NCBI GenBank assembly: GCA_964016885.1
Contig: OZ024740.1
Location: forward strand, 428,730,001-428,794,000
Direction of reading: 5' to 3'
DNA: 64,000 nucleotides
Source: Eledone cirrhosa
Lineage: Eukaryota
The notes under the pieces were generated by a model. The model did no database searches. It saw only the letters and a list, made by a program, of their open reading frames with translations, and was not told where the DNA came from. The translations under genes and the position numbers were made by a program. Below, piece after piece: positions 29,001 to 43,749 of the stretch (within the stretch, counting starts at the first letter, position 1; every line of letters starts with the position of its first letter).

Positions 29001-32000
29001 CCATACCACACCACACCACACCATACCATACCACACCATACCACACTATACAACACCATACCACACCACACTACACCATACCACACCACACCATACCATA
29101 CCACACCATACCACACCCTACCACACCCTACCACACCATACCACACCATACCAGACTACACCATACCATACCACACTATACCATACCACACCACACCATA
29201 CCATACCTTACCATACTATACCATACCACACCGTACCATACCATACCATACCATACCATACCATACCATACCATACCATACCATACCACACCATATTATA
29301 TCACACCATACCATACCACACCATACCATTCCATACCACATCATATCACACCATACCATAATACACCACAACATACAATACCACACCATACCACACCATA
29401 CCATACCATACCACACCATACCATACCATACTATACCACATACAACACCATACCAAACCGCACCATACCATACCATGCCATACCATGCCATACCACACCA
29501 TACCATACCACACCACACTATACCATACGACACCATACACTACCACACAATACCACACCACACTACGCCATACCACACCATACCACACAATACCACACCG
29601 CACCATACCATACCACACCATACCATACCATACCTCACCATACCACACCACACAATACCATACCACACCATACCACACCATACCATACCATACCACACAT
29701 TAACATACCACACTATACCACACCATACGACACCACACCATACCACACCATACCATACCACACCATACCATACCATACCACACCACACCATACCATACCA
29801 CACCACACCATACCATACCACACCACACCATTCCATACCACAGCATACCACACCATACCACATTATACCACACCATACCATACCATACCACACCTCACCA
29901 TACCACACCATACCACACCATACCATACCACACCACACCATACCGTACCACCCCATACCACACCATACCACACCATACCACACCACACCATACCATACCA
30001 CCCCATACCACACCATACCACACCATACCACACCATACCATACCATACCTTACCACACCATACCACACCACACCATACCATACCACACTATACCACACCA
30101 TACCACACCATACCATACCACACCATACCATACCACACGATACCATACCTCACCATACCACATAACACCACACTATACCACACCATACCACACCACACCA
30201 TACCACACCATACCATACCACACCACACCACACCATACCACACCACACCATACCACACCACACCATACCACACCATACCACACCATACCATACCACACCA
30301 TAACACACTATACCACACCACACCACACCACACCATACCATACCACACCACAACATACCATACCACACCATACCACACCACACCATACCATATCACACCA
30401 TACCACACCACACCATACCACACCATACCACACCACACCATACCACACCACACCATACCACACCATACCACACCATACCATACCACACCACACCACACCA
30501 TACCACACCATACCACACCACACCATACCACACCATATCACACCATACCACACCATACCACACCACACCATACCACACCACACCATACCACACCACACCA
30601 TACCATACCACACCATACCACACCACACCATACCACACCACACCATACCACACCATACCACACCATACCATACCACACCACACCACACCATACCATACCA
30701 TACCATACCCTACTATAACATACCATACCACACCATACCACACCATACCACACCACACCATACCATACCACACCATACCACACCCTACCACACCATACCT
30801 CACCACACCATACCACACCACACCACACCACACCATACCGCACCACACCATACCATACCACACCATACCACACCATACCACACCACACCATACTACACCA
30901 CACCATACCACACCACACCACACTACACCACACCATACCATACCACACCACACCATACCACACTACACCATACCACACCACACCATAGCATACCACACCA
31001 TACCATACCACACCACACCATAGCACACTACACCACACCATACCATACCACACCACACCATACCACACTACACCATACCACACCACACCATACCATACCA
31101 CACCACACCATACCACACCATACCACACTACACCACACCATACCATACCACACCACACCATACCACACCACACCATACCATACCACACCATACCACACCA
31201 CACCATACTACACCACACCATACCACACCACACCATACCACACTACACCACACCATACCATACCACACCACACCATACCACACTACACCATACCACACCA
31301 CACCATAGCATACCACACCATACCATACCACACCACACCATACCACACTACACCACACCATACCATACCACACCACACCATACTACACCACACCATACCA
31401 CACCACACTACACCACACCATACCACACCACACCATACCACACCACACCATATCACACCACACTATACCACACCACACCATACCACACCACACTATACCA
31501 CACCACACCATACCATGCCACACCATACCACACCACACCACACCATACCACACCATACCATACCACACCACACCATGCCACACCATACCACACCATACCA
31601 CACCATACCACACCACACCACACCATACCATACCAAACCATACCACACCACACCATACCACACCATACTACACCATACCATACCATACCACACCATACCA
31701 CACCACACCATACCACACCACACCATACGACACCACACCACACCATACCATACCACACCATACCACACTACACCACACCATACCATACCACACCACACCA
31801 TACCACACTACACCATACCACACCACACCATAGCATACCACACCATACCATACCACACCACACCATACCACACTACACCACACCATATCACACCATACCA
31901 CACCACACCACACCATACCACACCACACCATACCACACCATACTACACCATACCATACCATACCACACCACACCATACCACACCATACTACACCAAACCA

Positions 32001-33540
32001 TACCACACCACACCATACCACACCACACCATACCACACCATACTACACCATACCATACCCTACCACACCATACCTCAACACACCATACCACACCACACCA
32101 CACCACACCATACCGCACCACACCATACCATACCACACCATACCACACCATACCACACCACACCATACTACACCACACCATACCACACCACACCACACTA
32201 CACCACACCATACCATACCACACCACACCATACCACACTACACCATACCACACCACACCATAGCATACCACACCATACCATACCACACCACACCATACCA
32301 CACTACACCACACCATACCATACCACACCACACCATACCACACTACACCATACCACACCACACCATACCATACCACACCACACCATACCACACCATACCA
32401 CACTACACCACACCATACCATACCACACCACACCATACCACACCACACCATACCATACCACACCATACCACACCACACCATACTACACCACACCATACCA
32501 CACCACACCATACCACACTACACCACACCATACCATACCACACCACACCATACCACACTACACCATACCACACCACACCATAGCATACCACACCATACCA
32601 TACCACACCACACCATACCACACTACACCACACCATACCATACCACACCACACCATACTACACCACACCATACCACACCACACTACACCACACCATACCA
32701 CACCACACCATACCACACCACACCATATCACACCACACTATACCACACCACACCATACCACACCACACTATACCACACCACACCATACCATGCCACACCA
32801 TACCACACCACACCACACCATACCACACCATACCATACCACACCACACCATGCCACACCATACCACACCATACCACACCATACCACACCACACCACACCA
32901 TACCATACCAAACCATACCACACCACACCATACCACACCATACTACACCATACCATACCATACCACACCATACCACACCACACCATACCACACCACACCA
33001 TACCACACCACACCATACGACACCACACCACACCATACCATACCACACCATACCACACTACACCACACCATACCATACCACACCACACCATACCACACTA
33101 CACCATACCACACCACACCATAGCATACCACACCATACCATACCACACCACACCATACCACACTACACCACACCATATCACACCATACCACACCACACCA
33201 CACCATACCACACCACACCATACCACACCATACTACACCATACCATACCATACCACACCACACCATACCACACCATACTACACCAAACCATACCACACCA
33301 CACCATACCACACCACACCATACCACACCATACTACACCATACCATACCATACCACACCACACCATACCACACCATACTACACCACACCACACCATACCA
33401 CACCATACCACACCATACCACACCACACCACACCATACCACACCACACCATACCACACCACACCATACCACACCACACCATACCACACCACACCATACAA
33501 CACCACACCATACCACACCACACCATAGCATACCATACTA
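20088..33540. repeat. 13.5-kb (CCATA/CCACA)n pentamer satellite with higher-order repeats
   Basis: Direct reading. An identical ~120-bp non-pentamer block occurs at 19968, 22028 and 27002. Confidence 0.98.
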
Positions 33541-33705
33541 TGACTATACTGTCTTTCCTACTATGTACTAGGAACTCTATAGCACATATTCTAATTCTCC
33601 ATCAAACGTGTTCTTTATTTAAGACGATATCTAGTTATGCAATGGACATTTGGCTGCTATGTCTACCAGGTTAAGTGACACCATCGTAGAGGTTTCTTAG
33701 TGGAC
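33541..33705 (+). repeat. Old interspersed repeat (motif TTTGGCTGCTATTTCTAGCAGG); other copies at ~15260-15460, 15628-15685, 16780-16950(-), 37310-37455, 42697-42862
   Basis: Recurrent degenerate motifs across the window. Confidence 0.6.
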
Positions 33706-33749
33706 TGGAGGACATTGTTAGGTGTTGAAGATAAGGTGGAAGAAATAGT

Positions 33750-35697
33750 TTGTGTGTGTCTGTTATAATTTGTGTGTGCGTCTGTTTTAATTTATGTGTG
33801 TGTCTGTTTTAATTTGTGTGTGTGTCTGTTTTAATTTGTGTGTGTCTGTTTTAATTTATGCGTGTGTCTGTTATAATTTGTGTGTGTGTCTGTTATAATT
33901 TGTGTGTGTCTGTTAAAATTTGTGTGTGCGTCTGTTTTAATTTATGTGTGTGTCTGTTATAATTTGTGTGTGTGTCTGTTATAATTTGTGTGTGTGTCTG
34001 TTATAATTTGTGTGTGTATCTGTTATAATTTGTGTGTGTCTGTTATAATTTGTGTGTGTATCTGTTATAATTTGTGTGTGTGTCTGTTATAATTTGTGTG
34101 TGTGTCTGTTATAATTTGTGTGTGTGTCTGTTATAATTTGTGTGTGTATCTGTTATAATTTGTGTGTGTATCTGTTATAATTTGTGTGTGTGTCTGTTAT
34201 AATTTGTGTGTGTATCTGTTATAATTTGTGTGTGTATCTGTTATAATTTGTGTGTGTGTCTGTTATAATTTGTGTGTGTATCTGTTATAATTTGTGTGTG
34301 TCTGTTATAATTTGTGTGTGTATCTGTTATAATTTGTGTGTGTCTGTTATAATTTGTGTGTGTGTCTGTTTTAATTTATGTGTGTGACTGTTATAATTTG
34401 TGTGTGTATCTGTTATAATTTGTGTGTGTGTCTGTTATAATTTGTGTGTGTATCTGTTATAATTTGTGTGTGTATCTGTTATAATTTGTGTGTGTGTCTG
34501 TTTTAATTTGTGTGTGTATCTGTTATAATTTGTGTGTGTGTCTGTTATAATTTGTGTGTGTCTGTTATAATTTGTGTGTGTGTCTGTTATAATTTGTGTG
34601 TGTATCTGTTATAATTTGTGTGTGTCTGTTATAATTTGTGTGTGTGTCTGTTATAATTTGTGTGTGTGTCTGTTATAATTTGTGTGTGTATCTGTTATAA
34701 TTTGTGTGTGTCTGTTATAATTGGTGTGTGTGTCTGTTATAATTTGTGTGTGTATCTGTTATAATTTGTGTGTGTGTCTGTTATAATTTGTGTGTGTATC
34801 TGTTATAATTTGTGTGTGTCTGTTATAATTTGTGTGTGTATCTGTTATAATTTGTGTGTGTCTGTTATAATTTGTGTGTGTGTCTGTTATAATTTGTGTG
34901 TGTATCTGTTATAATTTGTGTGTGTCTGTTATAATTTGTGTGTGTATCTGTTATAATTTGTGTGTGTGTCTGTTATAATTTGTGTGTGTGTCTGTTATAA
35001 TTTGTGTGTGTGTCTGTTATAATTTGTGTGTGTATCTGTTATAATTTGTGTGTGTATCGGTTATAATTTGTGTGTGTGTCTGTTATAATTTGTGTGTGTA
35101 TCTGTTATAATTTGTGTGTGTATCTGTTATAATTTGTGTGTGTGTCTGTTATAATTTGTGTGTGTATCTGTTATAATTTGTGTGTGTCTGTTATAATTTG
35201 TGTGTGTATCTGTTATAATTTGTGTGTGTCTGTTATAATTTGTGTGTGTGTCTGTTTTAATTTATGTGTGTGTCTGTTATAATTTGTGTGTGTATCTGTT
35301 ATAATTTGTGTGTGTGTCTGTTATAATTTGTGTGTGTATCTGTTATAATTTGTGTGTGTATCTGTTATAATTTGTGTGTGTGTCTGTTTTAATTTGTGTG
35401 TGTATCTGTTATAATTTGTGTGTGTGTCTGTTATAATTTGTGTGTGTCTGTTATAATTTGTGTGTGTGTCTGTTATAATTTGTGTGTGTATCTGTTATAA
35501 TTTGTGTGTGTCTGTTATAATTTGTGTGTGTGTCTGTTATAATTTGTGTGTGTGTCTGTTATAATTTGTGTGTGTATCTGTTATAATTTGTGTGTGTGTC
35601 TGTTATAATTTGTGTGTGTATCTGTTTTAATTTGTGTGTGTCTGTTATAATTTGTGTGTGTGTCTGTTATAATTTGTGTGTGTGTCTGTTATAATTT
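33750..35697. repeat. ~1.95-kb minisatellite, unit TCTGTTATAATT(TG)4-5 (20/22 bp)
   Basis: Direct reading. Confidence 0.97.
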
Positions 35698-36016
35698 CTG
35701 TGTGTATTTATGAGTGTATTCATGTGTATGTGAAAATAAATTGGACAGCGAAAAAGGAAAATAGTAAGATAGAGAGGGAGGGGAGATAGGCAGATAGAGA
35801 GGGAGGGGGTGGGTAGGCAGATAGAGAGGGGAAAGGAAGATAGAGAGGTAGGGATAGGATAGGAAGATAGAGAGGGAGGAGGGGATAGGAAATTTAGAAA
35901 CAGATGCAGGAACAGACTTGCAGAAATTAAACATACACACACAGACTTATATATAAATACATATATACACACATATACATGCCAATACACACACACACAC
36001 ACTTATATATATATAT

Positions 36017-36415
36017 ATTAATTCAAAATATTAACAAAATAGATATTCTTGTGATCAAGTATATTTTATTATACATTTTTCAGAGGTACTGAGTTATGTT
36101 CAACAGTACGTCCTCATCAGATAAAATAAGATAATGCATGACATGGTAGATGGTTAAGATTCAGTCATGGTACTACCATGACTGAATCTTAACCATCTAC
36201 TATGTCAGGGTATGTCATGAATCATCTTATTTTATCTGATGAGGACGTACTGTTGAACTTAACTCAGTACCTCTGAAATATGTATAATAAAATATACTTG
36301 ATCACAAGAATATCTATTTTGTTAATATTTTGAATTAATATTAATAACTCCGGAAAACCTTGAGTGCTTCCAATCTATTGTAAAACTCATTCTTTGATTT
36401 ATTCATTGAACCTTG
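36017..36415. mobile_element. Non-coding fold-back element with hammerhead ribozymes on both strands (family X)
   Basis: 36017-36172 is inverted relative to 36174-36340, with a single-copy tail to ~36415. Homologous to 58177-58902. Confidence 0.85.
36229..36293 (+). ncRNA. Type I hammerhead ribozyme (inverse copy 36064-36126, - strand)
   Basis: ATTTTAT-CTGATGA-GGAcGTACTG...CAGTACcTCT-GAAA-TATGT-ATA-ATAAAAT. Confidence 0.88.
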
Positions 36416-36454
36416 TTGTTGTTGTTGGTGGTGGTGGTGGTAGTAGTAGTAGTA

Positions 36455-36656
36455 GTTGTGGTGGTGGGGTGGCACAATGGGGGTGATGGTGGTGGTTGTA
36501 GTGGTGATGGTTGTGGTGGTGGGGTGGCACAATGGGGGTGATGGTGGTGGTTGTAGTGGTGATGGTTGTGGTGGTGGGGTGGCACAATGGGGGTGATGGT
36601 GGTGGTTGTAGTGGTGATGGTTGTGGTGGTGGGGTGGCACAATGGGGGTGATGGTG
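36455..36656. repeat. 55-bp G-rich tandem repeat (~4 copies)
   Basis: GGCACAATGG at 36471, 36526, 36581 and 36636. Confidence 0.92.
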
Positions 36657-36713
36657 CAGTTTTTTCTTGACAGTTTCAATTGCATTTTCAATCTCCTTGT
36701 GGCCGGATATCAG

Positions 36714-37272
36714 AGTAAGGGGGAGTAGGTGAGAGATAGGGAGAGAGGAGAGAGAGAGTGTGAGGAGAGGGAGTGGGTGAGAGATAGGGAGGGAGGATAG
36801 AGAGAGGGTGAGGAGAGGGAGTATGTGAGAGATAGGGGGGAGTGGGAGAGGGTGGTTGGAGGGAGATGGCGTGAGAGGGAGTGAGTGAGAGATAGGGAGG
36901 AAGTGAGAGAGAAGGGAGGTGAGGGATTAGGTGAGAGATAGAGAGGGCGGAAGAGAGAGAAGGAGGAGAGAGAGCGAGGGAGAGAGAGATGGGGAGCAAA
37001 GAGAGAGAGAGGGCGTGAGAGGGAGTAAATGAGAGATAGAGAGGGAGTGAGAGAGAGAGAGATAGGGAGGTGACGGAGCAAGTGAGAGATAGAGAGGGAA
37101 GAGAAAGAGAGGGTGGTGAGAGAGAGATAGGGAGGAGGAATAGAGAGGGAGGAGAGATAGAGAGAGATAGGGAGGAAGGAGAGAGAGGGGGCGTGATAGG
37201 GATTTAAAATGAGAGAGAGATAGGGTGAAAGCGAGTGAGAGAGAGAGTGAGAGATAGAATGTGGAGGAGAGA
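36714..37272. repeat. GA-rich low-complexity tract
   Basis: Direct reading. Confidence 0.9.
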
Positions 37273-37888
37273 CAAAGGTTTGGGAGGATTTCATGTGGAA
37301 AGGAAGTACTCTTGTTTAGCCACAGGTCAGGTCCTGTTGGTGATGACTTATGATCAAAGCCGTTCCAGTCGTGGCCATGCTGTCCTATATTCAGGCTAAG
37401 CCATCATATACATGAGGGACTACATTATCTAATGCAGTATTTCTGTTTTAAAGATATTACTACAATGTTTCTCTCTTCCACCTTTACTAGTTTTACTTCA
37501 GGTTCCCCCACAACACACACACATACACACATACATACTCACACACATACACACACACTCACACACATGTTCACACATACATACAAACACAACATAAACA
37601 CGCATAATACATTTACAATCACAACACACAACACACATACTTGCACACAGTTACACACACACATACACACTTACAAACACACATATACACACACACACAC
37701 ATGATACCATTCATTGTCTTAAGTCAATTCAACATTAAGGGAAATGAATCTAGATAAAACGGTTCAAATAACGAGAAAGGATTTCATCACAAGAATCTTC
37801 AAATCTCGGTCCCGGGGGTAAATTCCTCCAGATTGTGAGATGAGACTTTAGGATACACCACACCTCAAAATAGTTTAGGTTATTACAA

Positions 37889-38513
37889 TAATTGTTTCTA
37901 CTTTTGGCACAAAGCCAGCAAAAACCCAGTATATTACTGGTACTTTATTTTATCGACCCCGTAAGGATGAAAGGCAAAGTGAACCTCGGCGGGATTTGAA
38001 CTCAGACCGTAAAGGGACGTAACTCTGCTGAAAAACATGGCGTCCGACTCTCTACCGATACTGCCTACAATAACTAGGACTAAAAATAAGTGTTTCTACT
38101 TTAGGCACAAGGTCAGCAATTTGAAGGGGGGGGGGGGGGGGAGGTCGATTAAATCGATACCAGTGCATTATTGGTTCTGGTGGATTGGCAGTATCGGTAG
38201 AGTGTCGGACGCCATGCTTTCCAGCATAGTTACGTCCCTATACGATCTGAGTTCAAATCCCGCCGAGGTTGACTTTGCCTTTCATCCTTACGGGGTCGAT
38301 AAAATAAAGTACCAGTAATGCACTGGGTAATTGCTGGCCTTGTGCCAAAAGTAGAAACAATTATTGGTTCTTTATTTTATCGACCCATAAAGATGAAAGG
38401 CAAAGCTAACCTCGGCGGGATTTGAGGAGCTCAGAACGTAAAGGGCCGTAACTCTATGCTGCGAAGCAGGGTGTCCGACGCTCTACCAATCCACCGCCCT
38501 CCTAGGACTAAAA
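37889..38513. mobile_element. SINE family A cluster: 37889-38068(-); 38088-38498(-) interrupted by 38179-38364(+)
   Basis: B-box GAGTTCAAATCCC and conserved body. TSDs ATTATTGGTTCT (38167/38360) and CTAGGACTAAAA (38074/38502). Confidence 0.9.
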
Positions 38514-38674
38514 GGTAATGAACAGAGTTTGACCAAGGGCTAAAACTACAACAACATTTACTACAGAAGTAAGGTTGTCTAGTGTGTTTTTCTCCAAGAA
38601 TCAATAAAATAGATTATTTATTTATTCATATATTCTGATTTAATTTATTGTATTTCGTAGCTTTACTACAGAGC

Positions 38675-38963
38675 TGTTCGGTCAAGAATGACCATGAGAT
38701 TTACACCTAGAAGGTTCCCCACCGAGGCACAAGACCTTGTAAGGTTGTTTCGGGGAAGACCACGCCATCGATATTGTCCAAGGGAAAGGCAATAGCCGTT
38801 ACAACTTGGCTCCTGTGACGTCGCAACTCATTTCCTACAGCACAGTGAACTGGAGTAACGTGAAATAAAGTGACTTGCTCAAGGACACAACGTAAAGCCC
38901 TGTCCAAGAATTGAACTCACATCCTCACGATTGTAAGCCCGATGTTCAAACCACAATGCCATG
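38675..38963 (-). mobile_element. SINE family B (tRNA head, CORE-like central domain)
   Basis: GAGTTCAATTC B-box, then GTGTCCTTGAGCAAGTCACTTTATTTCACG. The 5' half is shared with 56003-56325. Confidence 0.8.
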
Positions 38964-39391
38964 AGAGGAAAAGGAAGGGAAGCAGAAGTACTAGACAATG
39001 CTGCTCTGCATCTTTATATAACTCTACTACGAAATAAAACAATAAATATTTTATTTTAATTTACTTTATTTTATTTTCAAAATGTCGTTAACTAATGAGC
39101 TTGCTATATATTTTCAGCTAACTACGGGTTATTTGAAAACCAAAAATCTGTAAAACGAAAACGATTTACTATAGAAATACGTTCACAATCATTATATATT
39201 TTAAATATTGATGACTACAATATAATTAGTAGTACAAAATCTATCAATCACCATCACTCACACATATGACTACATAGAAATATTGATCACTAGATTTTCT
39301 ATTCTATATTCGCTGGTTAACTTTTTGGTTAATATCGCCTCAAATATTGGCTATGGTTGTTTGGTTTATTGTTATTATTACTATTTTTTTA

Positions 39392-39582
39392 CGGTGGTGG
39401 ATTGGCAGTATCGGTAGAGGGTCGGACACCATGCTTTGCAGCAAAGAGTTACGGCCCTATATGGACTGAGTTCAAATCCCGCTGAGGTTAACTTTGCCTT
39501 TCATCCTTACGGGGTCGATAAAATAAAGTACCAGTAATGCACTGTGTAATTGCTGGCCTTGTGCCAAAAGTAGAAACAATTA
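39392..39582 (+). mobile_element. SINE family A, full length
   Basis: GGTGGATTGGCAGTATCGGTAGAG...GAGTTCAAATCCC...GTAGAAACAATTAT. Confidence 0.92.
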
Positions 39583-39589
39583 TCTATTA

Positions 39590-40005
39590 TTATCTCACTG
39601 TCACGCTCTACATATGGATGATAATGCACCGGAGTATTTAGTCATCTGTCAAGTCACAACAAGGACCTCAGACAGATAATACTTTCCTTAAATTGTGTAC
39701 AGTACCTAACAAAGCTACCTTTTGTATGACACCCAACGTGTATGATATTCTCAGTTACTTTAAGAAGTTTTGAAGTTTCAATGAGATTGACCCTAATGCT
39801 CCGATCACAACTGGTATCACTTTCACGTTACCCTCTTACATTCCAAATAGTCTTGTCACCTCCACTTTCAATTCAGAGTACTTGGTGATGTTTTCAATCT
39901 CCTTACTCGCAATATGCGTGTCATTTGGTATGGCCACGTCGATGTTCTCGCAGTATTTGTCTTTCTTGTTCAACACGACAATGTCTGGTCAGTGATGCTT
40001 AATTA
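39590..40005 (-). mobile_element. 3' fragment of R4/Dong-clade LINE (restriction-like endonuclease)
   Basis: PDIVVLNKKDKYCENIDVAIPND...KYSEL...VIPVVIGALGSI...IQKVALLGTVHNLRKVL, with stops; ends in TAA-like repeats. Confidence 0.85.
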
Positions 40006-40104
40006 TTCAGAAACCCATATTTGTAGCGTCCTGTGATGTCCTTAATGTATTTTATGTAAACCCTTTGTGGTTAATAAAGAAATCATCATTATTAGTATTA
40101 TGTG

Positions 40105-40289
40105 AATTGGCAGTATCGGTAAAGAGTCGGACGCCATGCTTTCCAGCATAGTTATGTCCCTTTACGATCTGAGTTCAAATCCCGCCGAGGTTAACTTTGC
40201 CTTTCATCCTTACGGGGTCGATGAAATAAAGTACCAGTAATACACTGGGGTAATTGCTGGCCTTGTGCCAAAAGTAGAAACAATTATTA
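40105..40289 (+). mobile_element. SINE family A
   Basis: A/B boxes, body and tail. Confidence 0.92.
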
Positions 40290-40571
40290 TATAACTAGAC
40301 AGATGGGAACGGAGTTGAAAGCTTTGCTGACATCAATGTTAGAATATGGGATCTTGATGAGGTCGTCATATATTTTCTGTTTGATTTGTGAATAGTGGTC
40401 TGAATGAGGAGGGGGGGGGGGTAGTAGTGATGTCATGGATTAGGCTTATCAATGGATTTTCTCGAATTTAATGTGCTTTGATGGTGTAGCTACGAATAGA
40501 TGTAGATATTGGAGAGTTCAGTGATTCTATCACACTATAAATATTTATGTACACGTTTGTGATTTTGATTG

Positions 40572-40604
<33 letters not shown>

Positions 40605-40739
40605 ATCAGGTTTGCATTTTTCGTTTTAGAATCTTGTTTTCCTTGTGTTGTTTTTTAATGTCTGATTCAAGGAAGATGTTTAACGAGGGGTTTACATGGC
40701 GGTGCGTTATGGCTATGTTATTTACATCAAAATGATCTT

Positions 40740-41530
40740 GGTGGATTTGTAGAATCGTTAAAGCATCGGATAACATACATCTCTATATATTCCCGGTTCA
40801 AATCCGGCCGAGCTCAACTTTGCCTCTCATCTATCCGGGGTTGATAAAATAAAATACCAATCAAATACCAGGATTGATGTAATCAACTTTCCCCTCCCCG
40901 AAACTTGCAAGTTTAAGCCTAGATTAGAAATCATTATTTTTACATGTTCTAGGGCAAGGATTGGCAGTATCGGTAGGGATTCGGACTCCATGCTTTGCAG
41001 CATAGAGTTGCGATCCTTTATGATCTGAGTTCAAATCCCGCCGAGGATAATTGAGCCTTTCATCCTTACAAGGTCGATAACATAAAGTATCCGTCACGCA
41101 CTGGGGCCGATTTAATCGACTTTCCCCTTCCCCATAATTGATGGTCTTGTGCCTATATAAGAAACCATTATTTTTACATGTTCTATATAGATTTTAAGGC
41201 GGTGAATTGGCAGAGTAGTTAGAACGTCTGATAGAAAGATGTGTGGTATTTGTGTCAGTTCTGTGTTCTCTCAGTTGAAATCCCACCGAGGTCAAATTTA
41301 CCTTTCATCCTTTTGAGGTCGATAAAAAAGTACCAGTCTAGTACTCGGGCCGATTCTTCCTCTATATCTTTCTCATTTCCATTCTCTCTCCCTCTATCAT
41401 TCTCTGGGAGAAATCTGCTGCATTCAGACCTGGAGAGGGAAAGGGTTCCATCAGGTTTTAAAATGTCCTAGAAGCCCCGTATGTCAATGCGGTGCCCCCT
41501 ATGTCCTCCTCTGGCTTTACACGCCCAAAC
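40740..41530 (+). mobile_element. Three tandem SINE family A copies (40740-40938, 40958-41172, 41197-41530)
   Basis: Each has a B-box and the conserved body. TSD ATTATTTTTACATGTTCTA at 40933 and 41167. Confidence 0.88.
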
Positions 41531-42222
41531 AACAGATATATAGGATTTTACTCTTCTACTTCGGTTCATTTTCTACGTTTTTGTTTAGTTGCTGATGTCG
41601 TGTTTGATCTGGTTTGTGTCTGGTATTGATGTATTTTGATTGAGGTAACTTTGGCGTTTTTATGAGGCTGGCTATTTCTAATGTGTAATTGTGATTGTAT
41701 TTTGTTGTGTTGTCTTGTAGGGGGTGGGTTTTTATAATTATATAGTTGAATGAATATACTTCAGTGTCTGTCAGCGACTGTAGTTTATTGAATTTTGAAA
41801 ACCTTTGTTATGTTTCTGAGATCGTTCTATTGAGCACATTTGAAGTACATAAATGTGATTTTGCTTTCTTCATTGATGCGTGAGGTGTTTATTTACGAAA
41901 ATGCATTTGTATCACCGCTAACTTTGTATTGTATTGCTTTAAACTTGTTTGTATCAGTTTTACAAAGTATATTAACGGGAGTGAAATGTTGTGTTTTCCA
42001 AGTACTTTGTGTAAACCTGCATCGTTGGTAAGGGAGATAACTGCGATACTCCTTGTTTTTATGGTTACTGTAATATTGTGACTTTTTATAGTTGTTGTTG
42101 TGCGGGGTGTCAGTAATGGTGGTGAAGACGGTAATTGACAGCGAATAGTGCGGTAGAGATGGAAGACAGAACTAACCTACTGGTTAACGAGGTGATTGAA
42201 GTAAAAAGAAAGTATAATCGAC

Positions 42223-42455
42223 AATCATCATCACCATCATCATCATTTTTACGTCCATTTTTCCACGATCGCATGGGTTAGATGGGTCCTTTTCAGCTCA
42301 GTATCTCTCCACTCTCCGCGTTCCTTCATCTCCTCTGTGAGTCTCAGTGACTTGATATCAGCTCTCACCACGAGGTCTGCCTTGGTCTACCTCTATAGCC
42401 GCTTCCTTCCACTGACATTTCTTCAACCAGCAATCGTCATCTCTTGTACACCATT
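42223..42455 (-). mobile_element. RTE-like LINE 3' end with (TGA)n tail
   Basis: RGRPRQT and VRADIKSLRLTEEMKERGEWR, then a short UTR and (TGA)n. Confidence 0.7.
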
Positions 42456-42990
42456 TTTGGGGATTCCTCTTAAACCCAGTTTCTTCTTCAGTTTATCCAA
42501 GCTCTACCTTTCTCTCGCACACAATGGTAATACTTAAGTAGGATGTGGTAACTGTGGCTAGGATGAACATGGTGTTGGTAATTTGTATGGGGTAGGGTAG
42601 GGTAATAGTGTTTGATATTTTAAGTGGTAAAGACAATACTTTAAAGCAATTCGTTGTTAAATTTATGGTTGTAAAAACTATGAGAGTCATTTACATCGTT
42701 TAGCAGCTCAAAATTAGTTTTAACCAAACAGACTTTCCAACAATGACCATACAGTATTTTATGAAGGAATAATTATGAAGAACTACTTTATCCCCTTTTT
42801 CTTCATATATAAGGGTGTTATTTGAAGACTAGATTTGTCTATTATTTCTAGCATGTCAACAGGTTACAGTTCTGACATTGACATAAAGAGATTGGATCAG
42901 TAGAGGGTTATGTCCCGTGGGTGGTAGGAAGGTGCAGAATATCAATAAAGGAACATTGACTTGAAAGATTTTAATGTTATAACATATACA

Positions 42991-43047
<57 letters not shown>

Positions 43048-43153
43048 CAGTAGTAGTAGTAGCAGCAGCAGCAGTTGGAGTAGCAGCAGCAGTAATAGCA
43101 GCAGCAGCAGTAGTAGTAGTAGTAGCAGCAGCAACGTAGCAGTAGCAGCAGCA
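42991..43153. repeat. (TAG)/(CAG) microsatellite
   Basis: Direct reading. Confidence 0.95.
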
Positions 43154-43402
43154 GAGTTATGTCATATTATTTAACCCCAGGTCAACCCTGATGTACCACA
43201 ACTACATTTGATATTTCCCCCCTTTTCCTAATATTCCCCCGTTCCTTCCTCTCCTCTTTATTTTATATATTTTATTTCTAACTCTCTCCTCTGGTGAAGG
43301 ACTTGTGTGCGAAATGTTAAGACTCTTTTCCTGTCATTTCAAGCGTTAAACTAATATATTTCTTCAATGTACTGTCTCGTTTGATTTGTTATTTCTGTTT
43401 AA

Positions 43403-43745
<343 letters not shown>

Positions 43746-43749
43746 TAAT

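Noticed and set aside
20088-33540. Telomeric array
   Set aside because: The unit is TATGG/TGTGG rather than TTAGGG, and the array is interstitial and heterogeneous.
29475-33674. 1399-aa His/Thr/Pro ORF and the many other ORFs in 20-33.5 kb
   Set aside because: Stop-free translations of the CCATA/CCACA satellite.
39392-39490. tRNA genes at A/B-box sites
   Set aside because: No complete cloverleaf; these are SINE heads followed by SINE body and tail.
41530-42200. Possible decayed PLE coding fragment on the minus strand
   Set aside because: The composition fits but I could not read a diagnostic motif.
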